NCBI RefSeq assembly: GCF_009914755.1 | Contig: NC_060936.1 | DNA length: 64,000 bases | DNA from: the human T2T-CHM13v2.0 reference genome, Homo sapiens | Strand: one strand, 5' to 3' | Shown: piece after piece, positions 34,526 to 64,000 of the stretch | Numbering within the stretch: position 1 is the first letter of the stretch | Layout: the number at the start of each line of letters is the position of its first letter | Translations under genes and position numbers: made by a program | The notes under the pieces: model-generated | Seen by the model: only the letters and a program-made list of their open reading frames with translations | Database searches by the model: none | What the model was told of the DNA's origin: nothing

Positions 34526-35716
34526 TATTTTTAATTAATTAATTAATTACATTTAAAAAATGTTCAAGATAAAAAGTTAGGGAGATGCCAAGCGTTCACA
34601 GTTTTTATGCCAGCAGGAAAGTACTCCAAATGAGGAAATTAACAGTGTACTATGTTTCCTCTACATTTCATATTTCCCATGGAGGTAGGCATAGGGGGAA
34701 GAGTGAGTATCTACCTAATAGTCACTCTGAGTGTTAAGTGCCAGCAAATCAGGGGCACTGAGTAATATTTATTTAGAAATAATGTGATACTTGACATTTT
34801 CCCCAAAATGTCAAATTTGTCATGGAAATTTTCAGAACATTTTTAGCATTCTTAAATTTTTTTTTACAGTTGAATTGTTTGTTGAATTAAGTTGTTTTCA
34901 ACTGCATGGGGATCATCGTAGTCTCTTGAGTTCTTAGTGCACCTAAAAGTCTTTAGCCAGGCATGGTGACACACACCTGTAGTCCCAGCTACTCAGGAGG
35001 CTGAGGCAGGAGGATCGCCTGACTTCAGGAGTTTGAGGCTGCAGTTAGCTATGATTGCACCACTGTACTCCAGCCAGAGTAACAGAGTGAGACCCTGCCT
35101 CAAAATAAATGTTTTTAAAAATACATAAAAGTCTTAATGTATCCCCATACCCATCCTGGCAAACAGGCTGGGAGCTGGGAGGCAGGGAAACTAGGAGACT
35201 GGAAAATTGTGAAAAGCCCTTTGGAATTGGGCAGCAGTTATCTAGGAGGCAAGACACACAAAGGACCCGAGTCTGAGAGTCCAGGGAGTGAGAATGGAAA
35301 CTTTACACTTCAGACAACGCTGAGCTGTTTTAGAGTTCATGTATTTTCATTGTTTATTTTCTTTTTGTGTTTCCTTAGTATTAGGTAAAGTTTTTTGCTC
35401 ACTCGTTTAAAGTGAGCCTCTCTTGGTATGTTGAGAAGGACCAAGACAAGAGGACTATGCCCACTTTGGGGCAGAATTCTAAGGGGAAAAGAGAGCCTTC
35501 TGAGCTGCCCCCTTGGCCAAGTGTGTTTTACAGAAAAGCCATTTGCCCCCTCCTCTCCTCTCTGGTTGTCACTCCTCCTGCTGTCTCCCTTCTCTGGGCT
35601 CTATTCCCACCCCACCCCTCAGACACACCTTTCTTCCTTACCAGTGTGGTGTAATGAACAGATCAGTCTAGGCTGTCAAGTCAAGGAGACCTGGATTCCA
35701 ACCAATTGGAATGTGA

Positions 35717-36040
<324 letters not shown>

Positions 36041-36264
36041 GAAACATTCTTCCTTTCAACAAACATTCATTAATGCTTACTAGGTGGCAGGCACAATTCT
36101 AGGCACTGGAAATACAGTGATAAGTAAAGAAGACAGACAAAGTTCCTGCCCTCAGGCAACTTGCAGTCTCATCCAGAGAGGCAGCTAATAAACAAGCAGA
36201 CAAAGGAATGAGATTATACAGCCTGAAAAGTGTGTCGCAGAATCTGGTTAACATACTGCATGAT

Positions 36265-37010
<746 letters not shown>

Positions 37011-37013
37011 CTA

Positions 37014-38845
<1,832 letters not shown>

Positions 38846-39332
38846 TGTATTATGCACCTCCCATGTATAATACAAAGGAATGAAATGCTAATCACTGTGG
38901 TATCTGGGTGTGGGGGACTTTCAGGGGAGGTCCCAGCGTGCTGAGCCCATGGAAGGTCAGGGTGGACTAGAGTACCCGGCCCACGGGCTGTAATGGAAAA
39001 AAACCCAGGAGGTAGATTCTGAAGATCTGGGTCTGAATCCAGATCCGAGCGTTGACTAATTGGCCTTTGAGAAGTCATTTAATCTCAGAAGTGGAAGGGA
39101 CCTAAGAGGTCTTTCCATGGGTTAGTCACAGGCCAGATGCCAAAACCTAGGCCACTGACCCTGTGCAGGTTCTTTCCACTACGTGCTGCTTCCCTGTTTA
39201 TGATATTCTTACCCGCAATAACAACTAACTTTGGTACAGCAATTTACATCTCATGAAGCGCAAGTGTTCCTCTTGAGCTCTCACAGAACCTCTTGTTAAG
39301 CCACCATCGTTCTTTTCCAGTTTTAAAAGAAC

Positions 39333-40039
<707 letters not shown>

Positions 40040-42862
40040 AAAAAAATTTTTTTAAGTAAAAAATAAAAGTAAGAAACTGAGTTTCTGAGATAATAAATGG
40101 CTTGCCCACAACCAGCAAATGGCAGAATTAGGACTTGCCCTCTGGTCTTCAGGCTCTAAATCCTGCATTCTTTCCAAGGTACCAGATGAGGCCTGTCTAG
40201 GACCGTGACACTAACTGCACTCCTCACACCACACATGCAAGACCTTATTTGCAGGGAAGGGACAGAGGCCTCTCTGCACAGAGCATCCCTGAATGACACT
40301 TACCGGTGCTGACTTCAGGTCATTCAAGGAAAAATCCAGACTCCTTCTGGCTCTGTGTTACCCCAGAAGCATATGAGAGTCCAGACCTCCAATCCTGGGA
40401 AACCACTCCAGTCAAAAGTCTTCCAGTCTCACTTCCCAACCTGGTTGCAACCAAGTGGTTGCCAGCTCCCTCTGTCCTATGACTACCCTCCTGATCCATC
40501 ATGAGGGGCCACAAGTCTTTGCCAGCCCACCTCCCTCCACCCCAGGAGGCTTCTCTCCAAGGCCCACTTCCTCAACCTTATTCAGTCCCTGCCTCTCCCC
40601 AATACCCTCTTCCCAGGCCCCAAGACTCATACCCCCTTACAGCAGTGAGAAGCACAGTAAGAAGCAATGGTGGGCCCAAGGGGCAGCAGCTGTGAACAGC
40701 TAGCACAATGCTGTCTTCAATAATTCATTCCCAGGGAGGTTGCAGGCACCATGCCCTCACCCTGAGCTAGAGATGGCTACCACAGCTCAGATCCTTAAAC
40801 TGAGAAGGGTGGGAGTCAAGGGTGCGGCAGAGGCTAGTGGGAGCAAGTAGAAAGGTACCCAGCCTGCAGGCCAGACACTGGCACCTCTTTGTTAGAGAGG
40901 GGCTCTGATGTGGGCTCAGAGCAGGGATCCCGTGAGATAAAGGAACACGCAAATTGCCATGAGCTAGAGGGGCAGAGAGGAAGAATCCAAACACATTGCC
41001 TCACTCCCACTCCCTCCAGCTGTACATGCCAGGGTCAGCCTCTTCCCTCATGGCTCTGACCTTCTCAAGGCCACCCTCAGCCTCTTGTCAGCAGCCCCAC
41101 CCTCCTAAAGGCCCAAGTCCTCTCTGCTCCAGCTGGCATGTTTCAGCTGCCCCTACTTGGGGAACTCTTTTCCCAAAGAACTCCCACCACATGTGCCTGT
41201 AATCTGAGTCAAACATCGCAGAACCTTTTCCAAGGATCCTAACCCCCACCTCCATCTCTTTTCAGCCCAGCTTCCCTGACTAACCTCTGATGTTTACAAA
41301 GCTTGTAAACGTGTGGGGGTGGAGGAAGGACTTGAACTGACCCCTTGGGCTGTGCTGTGCTGTGCTGTGATTCAGAGTCCTAAAGCTTTAGGAATTTAGC
41401 GAGAGCAGTTCCTTGCTTCTAGTGAGGGAGAGAAGGTGGTAAATTCTAGGCCAGCCCCCACATTCCCCTGGCCACCCTAGAGATCCTGCCATCAATACCC
41501 ATTCTCCATGTGGGGCAGCCCTAGAGTTCCACTCATGTTCCAGGCTCATTGCTCACTGCAATCCGTTCTGTGAGACTGGAATCACCTATCATGTGCATCA
41601 GCAGACCCAGAGGGGAAACTGGGATCTAAGACTAAAAGAAACATATTATCAAGCACCTACTATGTGCTAGGCTGAGCCGGATTCTGGGCAGCAAGAGCAT
41701 GAAGCCAATCACCTCAGCCCTCTCACCTTCCCCTCCTTCCCAGGTACCAGGAGGAACCTCCAAATGCACACAACAGTCATACTATCTGTCCCAGAGTGAG
41801 CAAGAGTTAGGTCTTGAACCCACAGCTGACTCCCCAGTCTGTCCAGAGGCCTGATTTGGGAAGGAGGGTGCGATCTTGCTGGGCATTGTCGCAAGAAACC
41901 CTTCAGACATATTTATAGCAAATGCTGCATCAGGGGATGGAATCTGAAAGTGCCTCGAAGCATCAAATAACACCATGAGTCCAGAGGCAGAGCCCAGAAA
42001 AAGAAGGCACTGCAGCAGGAGGGATTGAGGTTTGATATTGGAGGAACTTCCCCCAGAGTAATATCTGGAACTGGCAATGGGGATTCCCTGTGGAAGCTAC
42101 TTCCACAGGATTTTCTCAGAAGAGAAGGGATAGGTACCTTTTTCTGGTCTAGGTAGAAAAGATAAAAAGGGATGGACATGGTGATCTCTATCTTTGTAGT
42201 ATACAGACTTTCAAATATCAAGGCCACTAAGCACAGTTGTGCAGATTATGCCTTGCTGAGGAGGCAAACGGAGACTGAAATCCAGCTCTAGATCAGTTAC
42301 CTCCTGCTGCAGAGCTGTGTCTGTACAGACTAGCCAGAGTGGCTTGTAGGGGCCCTGCCAGATATCCCAAGTCCTGACAATCTTGGGGTCTGAGGACAAG
42401 GTGAGCAGGGAGAAGGGATGAAGCCTGCCTGGGAAGCCCTGGGGGCCTGTTTGCTAGAGCTCAGAGCCTATATGGGCCAAGTTAGAGGGCATAGCTTCCA
42501 GGAATGGATCCAGGGTAGAGGCCCCTCTCAGCAGGGTGCCCTGCCCAGATACTATGAGGTTTGAGCCAGAGATGAAGGCCCTGAGGGAGCTTGAGTGGGG
42601 AGGAAGAGGATATGCGTCTTGGGCAGGCCCTGGAGAAGGATAATCCTGCCAGTCACGTCACAGAGAAGGGCCTGGGAGAGGGCAGTTCTGGGGACCTGGA
42701 GGATGGGCTGCTGGCTCTAGCTCTGAAGTTCCTACCTTCTCTGCAGAGCAAGATGGAGAAGGGGCCTGTGGTCCAGCAGCTGGGGTGGAAATGAGAAAAG
42801 TAAGGGGTGGGGAACTGCCCCTGTGCACCTCAGATTTCCTGTGATAGGCTCATGGAGGAGTA

Positions 42863-43485
42863 ATTTTTTTTTTTTGAGACAGAGACTCTGTCCCCCAGAG
42901 TCTGGAGCGCAGTAGGGCGATCTCGGCCTGTCTCCTGAGTTCAAGCAATTCTCTGCCTCAGCCTCCCAAGTAGCTGGGACCACAGGTGTGCACTGCCATG
43001 CCCGGCTAATTTTTATATTGTTTGCAGAGATGGGATTTCACCACGTTGGCCAAGCTGGTCTTGAACTCCTAGCCTCAAGTGATCTGCCCGCCTCGGCCTG
43101 CCAAAGTGCTGGGATTATAGGCGTGAGCCTCGGCGCCAACCTCAGGGAGAAGTAACTGATATTTCTATTTTAAAGTGGAAGGTGGGCCGGGCACCGTGGC
43201 TCACGCCTGTAATCCCAACACTTTGGGAGGCCGAGGCGGGCAGATCGCTTGAGATCAGGAGTTGGAGACCAGCCTGGCCAACATGGTGAAACCTCGTCTT
43301 TACTAAAAATACAAAAATTAGCCTGGTGTGGTGGCGTGCCTGTAGCCCCAGCTACTCGGGAGGAGGAGAATCTCTTGAACCCGGGAGGCGGAGGTTGCTG
43401 TGGGCCGAGATCGCCACTGCACTGCGACCTAGGCGACAGAGTGAGACTCCGTCTCAAAAATAAATAAATAAATAAATAAAAATAA
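42863..43485. mobile_element. Head-to-head Alu pair (- about 42863-43140; + about 43194-43485)
   Basis: Alu consensus; TSD taaagtggaaggtgg for the + copy. Confidence 0.9.
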
Positions 43486-44572
43486 AGTGGAAGGTGGAGA
43501 GATGGTTTCTATGCTATAGTTTCAGGCAGAGAATGTGGAGGGAGGGAAGGAGAGAAGGTTGCGGGAAGCCAGGGACAACTGCTTGCCTGGGCCAACATCC
43601 CCTCTCTCCCCACCTCCCTTCTCCTATGGAAACTTAAGCTGCCGCAGGGCCCAGCGGAGCTAGTCCATTAGCTGTGGTCAGCAGGGGAGTGTAGGTGGGG
43701 AGGGCCCTCTCTCCCTCCAGGTCTTCTTGCCAAATGAAAGGCAAAGCGTTTGCTCCCTCTACTAGAGTCAAAACAAAACAAAACCATAAAAACCTCCACA
43801 CGCATTTTTAACACACACAAATAACATAACTTCTTTCCTCTGAATGGTCGAAGCTGAGCAACTTGGAGGTGGGTGGGTGGTAGGGGCTCCGTGACCCACT
43901 AGACTAGACTACAGAGGGAGTGGGGGAGGAGGTGCCTTCTCAAAGCACTTTCCAGGTTAAATCCAGCCTCGGGAGGAGGGAGTGGAGAGAGAATTTACTC
44001 TCCCCCAACTTACCTCCCTCAGAAATGGGGGCAAGTGGAGGGTCAGCTGAGCAGAGAGGGAGGAACAGTCTCCCGAGATCCCGGGGATGGGAGGATTGAG
44101 GGGAGGGGTCCCGGAAACTCCCAGGGGAAGTGGGTTAAAAGAAGGGCCGGGAAGAAGGGTGGGACGCCCTCCACTGGAAAGGGGAGAGCGTTCTAGTTAA
44201 TGCTGAGGGGAAGTTGGGGACCTGGGTCAATCGGAGTCAGCGTGTGTCTGTCTCCATGAAGGGGGGTCCGTCTCTCCCCGCCCCAGGCGCCGTCTTTGGT
44301 CTGGAGAAGGGTCCAGCCTGGGGTCGTTGGGGGTGTGAAGGGACCAATGAGCGGTCTGTCCGCTCAGAAGGGTCCAGAGAGAGAGCCAACTGGAACTACA
44401 CCCCCGCTCCCCCTTCCCCCGCCAGAACTTGGGCTTGTCCTGTTTGACGCACCCGCAGAAAGGGGCGGGAGGGGTACTGACCCGAGGAGCGGTCCCGCGA
44501 CTCTGTACTCCCTGCTGCCCAGTCCCGGCCAGGACGCTGCCCGGCTTAGCTGGGGCGCCCCTCGAGACCAGG

Positions 44573-44578
44573 ATGGAG
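44573..44578 (+). CDS. CACNB3: CACNB3 alternative first exon, coding part 'ME'
   Basis: Strong Kozak AGGATGG, then GAG|GTAGGG donor in phase 0, compatible with exon 2. Confidence 0.65.
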
Positions 44579-45711
44579 GTAGGGACGGGCTAGGGTCCCG
44601 GAAGGGCGCGGGTGTCTCGAAGGAGCCCCACGGGGTGGGAATAAGTAGAGCGCAGCCTGGGGTCTCCTACTGGGGGTCTCGAGCTGGGACTGCAGTTCCT
44701 GGAGAAAGGAGGGGGAGAGGGGTTCGTCCTGGGCTTGGGCGGTGTCTGGATCCGGGGTGCGTCCCCCCTGCTCTGGCCTGGGCAGCGCCGCCTGCTGGCA
44801 GGGCCGGACCCTGCGGCCCCGGGACCGGACACCAGGCGGTGCCGCCACCTGGAGGGCGCGTGTAGCCGCCGGGCCAGCGAGCCCAAGGGGCGCTGCAGCG
44901 GGTCGAGAAGGAGCCGCGTCGCTTCGCCTCGCCCTTCCCCTTCGCGGAGCTGAGACCCGCTGCACCAGAACCCAGGAGAGGGGGGAGACGGCAGAGACTC
45001 CGCGGGCGCGGGGCGATCCCAGCTGGGCTCTCTCCACAGGGATGCCGATCCCTCTGGAGACACAGAGCCGAGCCGGGGAGGGGTGGATGGGCGCCTTGAC
45101 GCTTGGGCGGGCGAGCAGAGCACCAGCACTCTTGCTTTTCGGTCCTTTCCCCCGCCGAGGTCGGGGTCGCAGCCGCCGCCGGAGGATGGGCGGCCGGCGC
45201 ACGGAGCAGGGCCGGGAGGGAGCAGAAGCTTCCGCCAAGAGCTCAGGAGCTGGGGCAGCCCTGGAGCTCTTCCTGCCCTTCTGCCCGCGGCGGCGGAAAC
45301 TCCAGAGTCCCTACTCTTTCTCGGGAGGACTTTAGGGAAGAAGCAGAGCGGCAGGGGAAGCCGAGGAGCGAGGGTGCGACGTGGGGATGGAAGGACAGTG
45401 GGAGGCACACGGAAAAACAGAACGAGGACCTTAGACAGGAGAGACGGAAGTGGAGAGAGGCTGGGCTGAAAGGCAGGGAGAGCCAGAGACTGACAGAGGC
45501 GGCGAGAAAGGAAGGGAGAGGGAGGGAGGGAGGAGGGAGGAGAAAGAGGGAGGGAACCAGGGGAGAGGGAAGGGAGCAGGCGGCGGAGCCCGGCGGGCGT
45601 GGGGCGAGGCCAGGCGTGCAGGCGGGAGCAGCGTGCAGAGCAGCGGCCGGGTTTTGCTCCCGCCTCGGAGCCCCTGGCCCGGGGGAGGGGGAGAGGCCGC
45701 TAGCCTGGTCT

Positions 45712-45753
45712 ATGTCTTTTTCTGACTCCAGTGCAACCTTCCTGCTGAACGAG
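45712..45753 (+). CDS. CACNB3: CACNB3 alternative first exon MSFSDSSATFLLNE
   Basis: ATG...AACGAG|GTAACC, phase 0. Confidence 0.8.
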
Positions 45754-48700
45754 GTAACCGTGGGGGGGGTGTGGGGTCGTGGGAAGGGGGTTCCCCACTG
45801 GGTGGGAGGAGAGCTCCGCTCCAAGCTAGGAAGGGGGCACGCGTTTGGGGGAGACTGCACCGATGGGGAGGCAGGGAAACCGGAGGAAGTGAGGCCAGGG
45901 GTGGAAGAGGCACCGGGTTAGAGAGGAGGGAGCGGCCAGAGCTGGCAGCTTCCTAGTACTGGGATTGGATGAGAGGAGAGGACTGACTGAGGAGCCAGAA
46001 AAAAAGGGGCTAGATTACAAGAAGGGCTCTGCCAAGCTCCCCTAGCGCCTGTCCCTGAGTTCCCTGGCAGCCTAGCAGCCAGAATGGTAGGGGCCTCCAC
46101 CTGGTCCAGATCTTAAAAACTGCTGGGGAGGAGTCTTTAAGTCTTCCCAGAAGGCCTAGCTTCTGTCTCAGTTTCCCCATTCAGTGCCCAGGGACTGGGA
46201 TCTGCCCAGCTTCCTGGTACACTTAGAGGAGAAGCTAGAATATATTCTGAAACCTCCCAAGAAGGTTTCAATATATTCCAGCTCCCAAACCTGATTATTC
46301 AGGCTTTTCCTCTTATGTCTTGCTTCTATGACTTGGGTACCTGCCAGCTGCCAGTCTAACAACTCTCTCCTAGAAAGAATCAGCAGGAGGAGCCTCTCCC
46401 CTGATCCTTTATTGCCCTCAGCTCTCTCCCTTTATGCCCAGCCATGAAAAAGAAAAGAGGTTAGGGCTACATGGACACTGACAGGCACATGTCCTGTCAC
46501 AGGACAAGAAGTCACCAAGTTGGTATTAGAACTAGAGTAGGCAGGTGTGGGTGAGAAATGAAAGGAACATTGGGTAGCAACCCAGAGATATGAGAAGAAG
46601 GAGGGAAGCTCTGAAGCTACTGCAGGACCCAGGGGATGGGCCCAGGTATGAGGAGCTTGAACCCATCTCCTGGGGATGGTTGGCATGGCAACACATGCCT
46701 CAGGAGCAGACTTAGACAACCTTGTCGCAGGAGATTACAAGGAGTGTGAGGAAGGAGTGCTGCCGATGGCAGATCCGCTGTTACCTACAGCCCCAGGACC
46801 TTCTGTGGGTGGAGAGAGTCCCAAAAGGAGAGGCCAGGAGAGTGGATGCAGGGATGGGAAGAGAAACAGCTGCCTCCACCACTGCTTTCTTCACTAGAGC
46901 CATCTCCCAGGAGAAGAGCACCTTGAGGGTCTTACTCTTTGACACCTCTCCAGGCCCCTGAAAGAAGGAATTGAAGAGAAAGGATGAAAGAGGGGGATAC
47001 AAGGAATACTGCGTAACTGGGTGAGGGCACAAAAGTGGGCAGTGTCTGGGAACTTCCAATACAGAAGAATCCAGTATATGACCAAACCCCAGTTGGTGCT
47101 GGACTCAGGAGAGGAGACAGTCCCTTCAGCCACAGGGGCTGCAACAAAGTTGTTTGTCAAACCCAGCATGAGGAAGGTGCTGGGCAGGGCTGCTCTGGGC
47201 CACCCACAGTAGACAGACTAAAGATGTCAGTCTGAAGATGCAGCTCTTCTTTGTCTTGCCAAGATAACACCGATAAGTGACCCAGGTGGGAAGCCACTTG
47301 GTTTGGGTGGGCTTTCTCTCTCCCATGCACAGTGCTTTCTACCATAGATCTTACTAAGCCATGTCAGAGTTTTGGATTTCTGATTCTCCTCAAGCCAAGG
47401 AGGGATGAGCAGATTGCTGAACTCCCGGGTGTGAGAAATTGGGAAGGAAAAGGACTGAGCTCAGGGCCAAGAGCATGGGCACCAGGAGGCCTCCAAGTGT
47501 AACCCCTGTCTACGCACATCCTCCTCGTGGGGCACAAAGGTAGGCAGTCAAAAATCAAAGAAGGAATTTTGCTCAGGAGATGAAAAAAGGAAAGAGCTCA
47601 AATGGGTGGATCTTTGGGGAAAGTTTCCTCAAGATAAGGGCTGCGGCTCTCTTACCCCAAATCTCAATGCTCCTGTAAAGGAGACTGAGTGGTGCAGAGT
47701 GGTACAAGCCCTTCTGCTAAGGGGAGAATCTGGCCTTACCCTAGTGACTCCGAGGAGACTGGCCCTTTCCTCTCCCAACCCGAGTGTAGCCAGGATCCCA
47801 CCCACAACTATCCCCCTACCTCCACCCTCTGGCTTCTTTCCCCTTCCCTTTAGGCTCACCTAAAACAGCCCCTTTCTGCCCCAGTTCCCACGGATGCCTT
47901 GGCACTGTCTGGCACAATCCTTGGCAGGGAAGTGGGGAAGGGAACCCCCATCCTGGCAGGACTAAGACAAAATCTATCCGTGCAACAGGTGTGGGGAGGC
48001 CTACCCAGCTCACGGAAAGTTCCCCCCTTCTCAAGGGTTGGGCAACACCGCCTTTGCCGCAGCGTCCCCGTACTGAGGGGGCCGGGCACCTGTTGGGGCA
48101 GGAGCTGCCGTCCTGTCATTAGCCTGGGGGCACCAAGCCCATTCCTCCCCGGGACCACTGCGGGGTTTGCTTTCGGAGCCTCCGGGACGCACGGGCCCAG
48201 ACCCGCCCTGCTGTCGCCTGGGACCCCTCCCCCGTCTGCCGCTCGTTCCCGCGCCTCTTCTGTCTCCCACGGTCTCCCCATTTTCCTGTCCTCTCCGTCC
48301 TCCCTCTGCCTCTCTCTCTCCGGTTTCCTCGACACCTGCGCCCTCTCCAGTCTCCGCCCGGGTCGCGTCTCCCTCGCGGTCTCAGCGCCCCCTCCCTCCC
48401 CCGCCGCAGCCCTTTGTTTCCCGGCGGAGTAGTTCCTGGGTTGCCGAGCGTCTCTGTCTCCGCATCTCTCCTCGCCCCGCCTCCTCCCTGCCTGGATCCG
48501 CCCTGCCCGCAGCCTCTCCTCCCCTTCCTCCCCGCCGCCACGGCCCCGTAGGTGCTCGGGGACCCACCTTCCACCTAGCACGGGTTCGTTCCCCTCTCCC
48601 GGCCTGGCCCGGGCTCCCCGGTGGCCGCCGCCCCCTCGCCGCCCCCGCCTTCTCCCGGGGAGGGGGTCAGGTGGGCGGGCACTATTGTTGTAGGAGCCGG

Positions 48701-48954
48701 CGCCAGATTCCTCAGCCGCGCTCGGGGTGGGACCGGCTGGGTTTGGGGGGGTGGGGTGGGGGGAGCGGTGATCTGAGCTCCGAGCAGCTGGTCTTCGCGG
48801 CTCGCTCCCTCCTTCGCGCTCTCTCGCTCCCTGCCGCCGCCCGCAGGGCTGCGGGGCTCGGTGGCATCTCCCGGGCGCGGCCCGCAGTCCTTGCCCCTGC
48901 CTCCGGGCCGCTCCCGCCCCCGGCGCCGCTCGCTCCCCCGACCCGGACTCCCCC

Positions 48955-57926
<8,972 letters not shown>

Positions 57927-58948
57927 CAGCCTCCTGCTGCCCTACCCTGGCAGGCACAGGCGCAGCTGGCTGGGGGGCCCACTCCAGGCAGGGTGGCGTT
58001 AGACTGGCATCAGGCTGGCACTAGGCTCAGCCCCCAAAACCCCCTGCCCAGCCCCAGCTTCAGGGCTGCCTGTGGTCCCAAGGTTCTGGGAGAAACAGGG
58101 GACCCCCTCACCTCCTGGGCAGTGACCCCTACTAGGCTCCCATTCCAGGTACTAGCTGTGTGTTCTGCACCCCTGGCACCTTCCTCTCCTCCCACACAGG
58201 AAGCTGCCCCACTGGGCAGTGCCCTCAGGCCAGGATCCCCTTAGCAGGGTCCTTCCCACCAGACTCAGGGAAGGGATGCCCCATTAAAGTGACAAAAGGG
58301 TGGGGTGTGGGCACCATGGCATGAGGAAGAAACAAGGTCCCTGAGCAGGCACAAGTCCTGACAGTCAAGGGACTGCTTTGGCATCCAGGGCCTCCAGTCA
58401 CCTCACTGCCATACATTAGAAATGAGACAATCAAAGCCCCCCCAGGGTGGCACACCCATCTGTTTGCTGGGGTGTGGCAGCCACATCCAAGACTGGAGCA
58501 GCAGGCTGGCCACGCTTGGGCCAGAGAGAGCTCACAGCTGAAGCTCTTGGAGGGAAGGGCTCTCCTCACCCTGCCAGGAAGCTTCTTAACATGTGACAGG
58601 ACCAGGGACCAGGAGCATGGTGAAGCCAAGTGGCAGATGGGAGCCAACCTGGATGGGGGTTTGGGGAAGGAGGGCATGTGTAGCAGAGAACTTAGGGGGG
58701 CCTCCTTGCCTTTCTCATTCTTTTGCCCTGCATCCTGTCATTTCTGTTCTTGTCCCTCATACATCTTTGGAGAACCGGGCTCCAGACTTTGTTCCCTGAC
58801 TCATAGCTGCCGCTTGTTAGGTTAGGGTTAGATGGGGAGAGACAGGGCACAGAGGACCTGTCTCCCCGGCTACTCTTGCCTTATGGCTCTAGTGTGTGAC
58901 CTACAGAGCATGCTCCACAAGCCCCTGCCTCACCTCACTGTCATCACT

Positions 58949-58954
58949 AATAAA
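58949..58954 (+). terminator. CACNB3 polyadenylation signal
   Basis: AATAAA followed by a U/GU-rich tract (ttctgttctgtctgtg). Confidence 0.85.
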
Positions 58955-59804
58955 CATCATGCACAGTCCCTCCGGCTTCTGTTCTGTCTGTGATGCGGCC
59001 CAAAGTCTGGTGGAGGGAAAGATGTGTTTGGGCCGCCCTTCTCTCAGAGGATCTGTCCAGCGGGAAGGGGACAAAGGCAGAGCTGGGGAGGCACTCCACT
59101 CCCAGGCATCCCCACTCCTCATGCCCAGGTGTCAAGAGGGAGACATCCAGCAGCACGGAAGGGCTTGTCCTGGGATGTGGGGAAGACGCTTGGTCACGGC
59201 TTTACAGTATCCTTGCGCCAGGCCAAAAAGGCCCTAGAAGCAGCTACAACTTGAACTCTATGTACTAGGCCAACTCTTTCTGTGGGGTAAGAAGAGCATG
59301 TGAACAAGAGGGGTATGGGGGGAGGACTGCAGCCCTGCGTTCCTCTCACCACAGCCTGATACAGCTGGGTCCACCCGTTCTGCACCATCCCCTCCCAGGA
59401 GCAATGGGTCCAACTAGGGAGCCACAAGCAAAGCTCCCGAGACCAGGCGTTGGGCACACAGCGGCAGAGTGGTTCCAACTGCCTCACCTGCCAAAATTTC
59501 ACAACTGCTTTCCTTTCTCACCTTTGCCTAAAGCTCCCTAGAGGGTGTCCAGGCCAGGGCCACACATTACGCGAGGCTAGAGCAGGGGCGGAAGATGCAT
59601 TACAGTCCTGCGTGGCTTCTGCATCTCCTCTCAAGTCCACCTACAGACTCAAGACTATCAGCAGAGACCCCTCTACTCTTCTCTTAATGTGGCTGTCTCT
59701 CATTTTCCAAGCCAACCCACCCCGCACCCAGTGGTGTCCCTCCTGCCAGGGAGAAGCTGGGAAGTTTAACTAGAACTAGATCTAACAGTCTTAATATTCA
59801 TGTA

Positions 59805-59810
59805 TTTATT
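59805..59810 (-). terminator. DDX23 polyadenylation signal
   Basis: AATAAA on the minus strand, about 690 nt after the stop codon. Confidence 0.8.
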
Positions 59811-60496
59811 CTCAGAACATACAAACTTATCTTCTCAGAGAATAGAAAACAGAGATTTCACTCAGTGACAAAGATGGACACAGCCAGTTCACCGTGTCCC
59901 CCCATCTACTTAGAAAATCCCCTGGGGGAGGGGATGCCTAGGAGCATACAGCACCCCTTGGTGTGGGGCTGTGCACAGGTCTAAAGACTCTCAACTTCCT
60001 TTACCATCCAAACAGGAAAACAGCTGTCCAGATGACAGTAAGATTCCACTGTCTGTAATCCTCATGGTGCCAGGTCTCCTGGGGCATCTAGGGCAATGAT
60101 GCTACTGCAGTTTATGCAGTTACACAGTCAAGTCTGTGCCAAAGGAGGTCCCATCCGGCGGCCAGGTTTCTGTTCAGTCTGGGGAGCAATGCCAACTGGC
60201 TGCCCCCATAGCCTGGCATGAGCTGATGGCCCAGTGCAATCCCAAAGCAAAGAAGGGCAGAACTGGGCCAAGAAGCTGTGGTAATTTGCTCTCCCTGCCT
60301 CCGACAGCGTCGTCCTCTCCTTTTGCAGCCCCACACGCAGGCCTCCTGACCTGAGGGTCTGGGCTAGGGAGTTGGATTGTTTTCCTAAGCCCCCATATCC
60401 CAAGAGTGAGGACCTGGAAAGAGGGATGTGAGGGTTCTGAAAAACAGGCATCAGGCAGCTTTGGAGATGCCCTCAGCCCACAGGAAGAGTGCTGTG

Positions 60497-63565
<3,069 letters not shown>

Positions 63566-64000
63566 TCATTTATAGCCCAGCAGGTGCCCCTTCTTTTCTT
63601 TCCTGTGAACTATCCACCCACTTGGGTGACAGACCTCCAATGCTGAGGAACTTGGACCCCAACCTCTGGTTATGTTTAGCAGTAAAGGCTCCTGCAAACT
63701 GGCATGAAATCACTTGTTGCCTGGATTTTCTCAGGAATGAATGAGGTCTCTGAGTAAGGTGCAAGGATTAGACAGAGGAGGCAAAATCAGTAGAAACTTT
63801 TTTTTTTTTGGCAAATCATTTCAGATCCTGAAGAAGGAACTTCTTAGATGGGAGAGACTAAGGGGTACTATGAAGGGGGTTGTATAAAGACTAAATTTTT
63901 TTAAAAAATTGTAAAAAGACTAAATTTCTACAGCAGACTTCTCATAAAGAGCTCTCCTCCACTTTCCTGAGATGAAGGCAATGCACAAAGTCAAAGATTT

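Larger units (their letters stand above)
44400..45800. promoter_or_regulatory. CpG island, upstream CACNB3 promoters
   Basis: High CpG density around two alternative first exons. Confidence 0.8.

Noticed and set aside
44843-44860. CTCF-like CCACCTGGAGGGCGC
   Set aside because: Several core mismatches in a GC-rich background

Overview
Human genomic DNA (Alu-dense, GC-rich), recognisable from the translated exons as the ADCY6-CACNB3-DDX23 locus (chr12q13, from recall). Left: ADCY6 (adenylate cyclase 6) on the minus strand, with a non-coding first exon in a CpG island and 19 coding exons (exons 2-20); its last exons lie left of the window. It hosts MIR4701 at a 3' splice site. Middle (about 20.6-43.5 kb): a repeat-rich intergenic block (Alu, L1, L2, MIR, MLT1). 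It also holds an intronless C20orf27/ADISSP processed pseudogene, an RNY1 pseudogene, a tailless 5'-half tRNA-Gly(GCC) retrocopy, an AluY/AluYb8 chimera and an extended CTCF motif. Right: the complete CACNB3 gene (+ strand, 484 aa from the main first exon, three alternative coding first exons) and the last five exons of DDX23 (minus strand, convergent with CACNB3). Exon boundaries were read by hand from GT-AG sites and checked for frame continuity; ADCY6 exon numbers count the non-coding exon as exon 1, DDX23 numbers are from recall, and repeat boundaries are approximate. I see no evidence of a wholly new biological system. The most notable items are retroposition and gene-conversion footprints and splice-site architecture.
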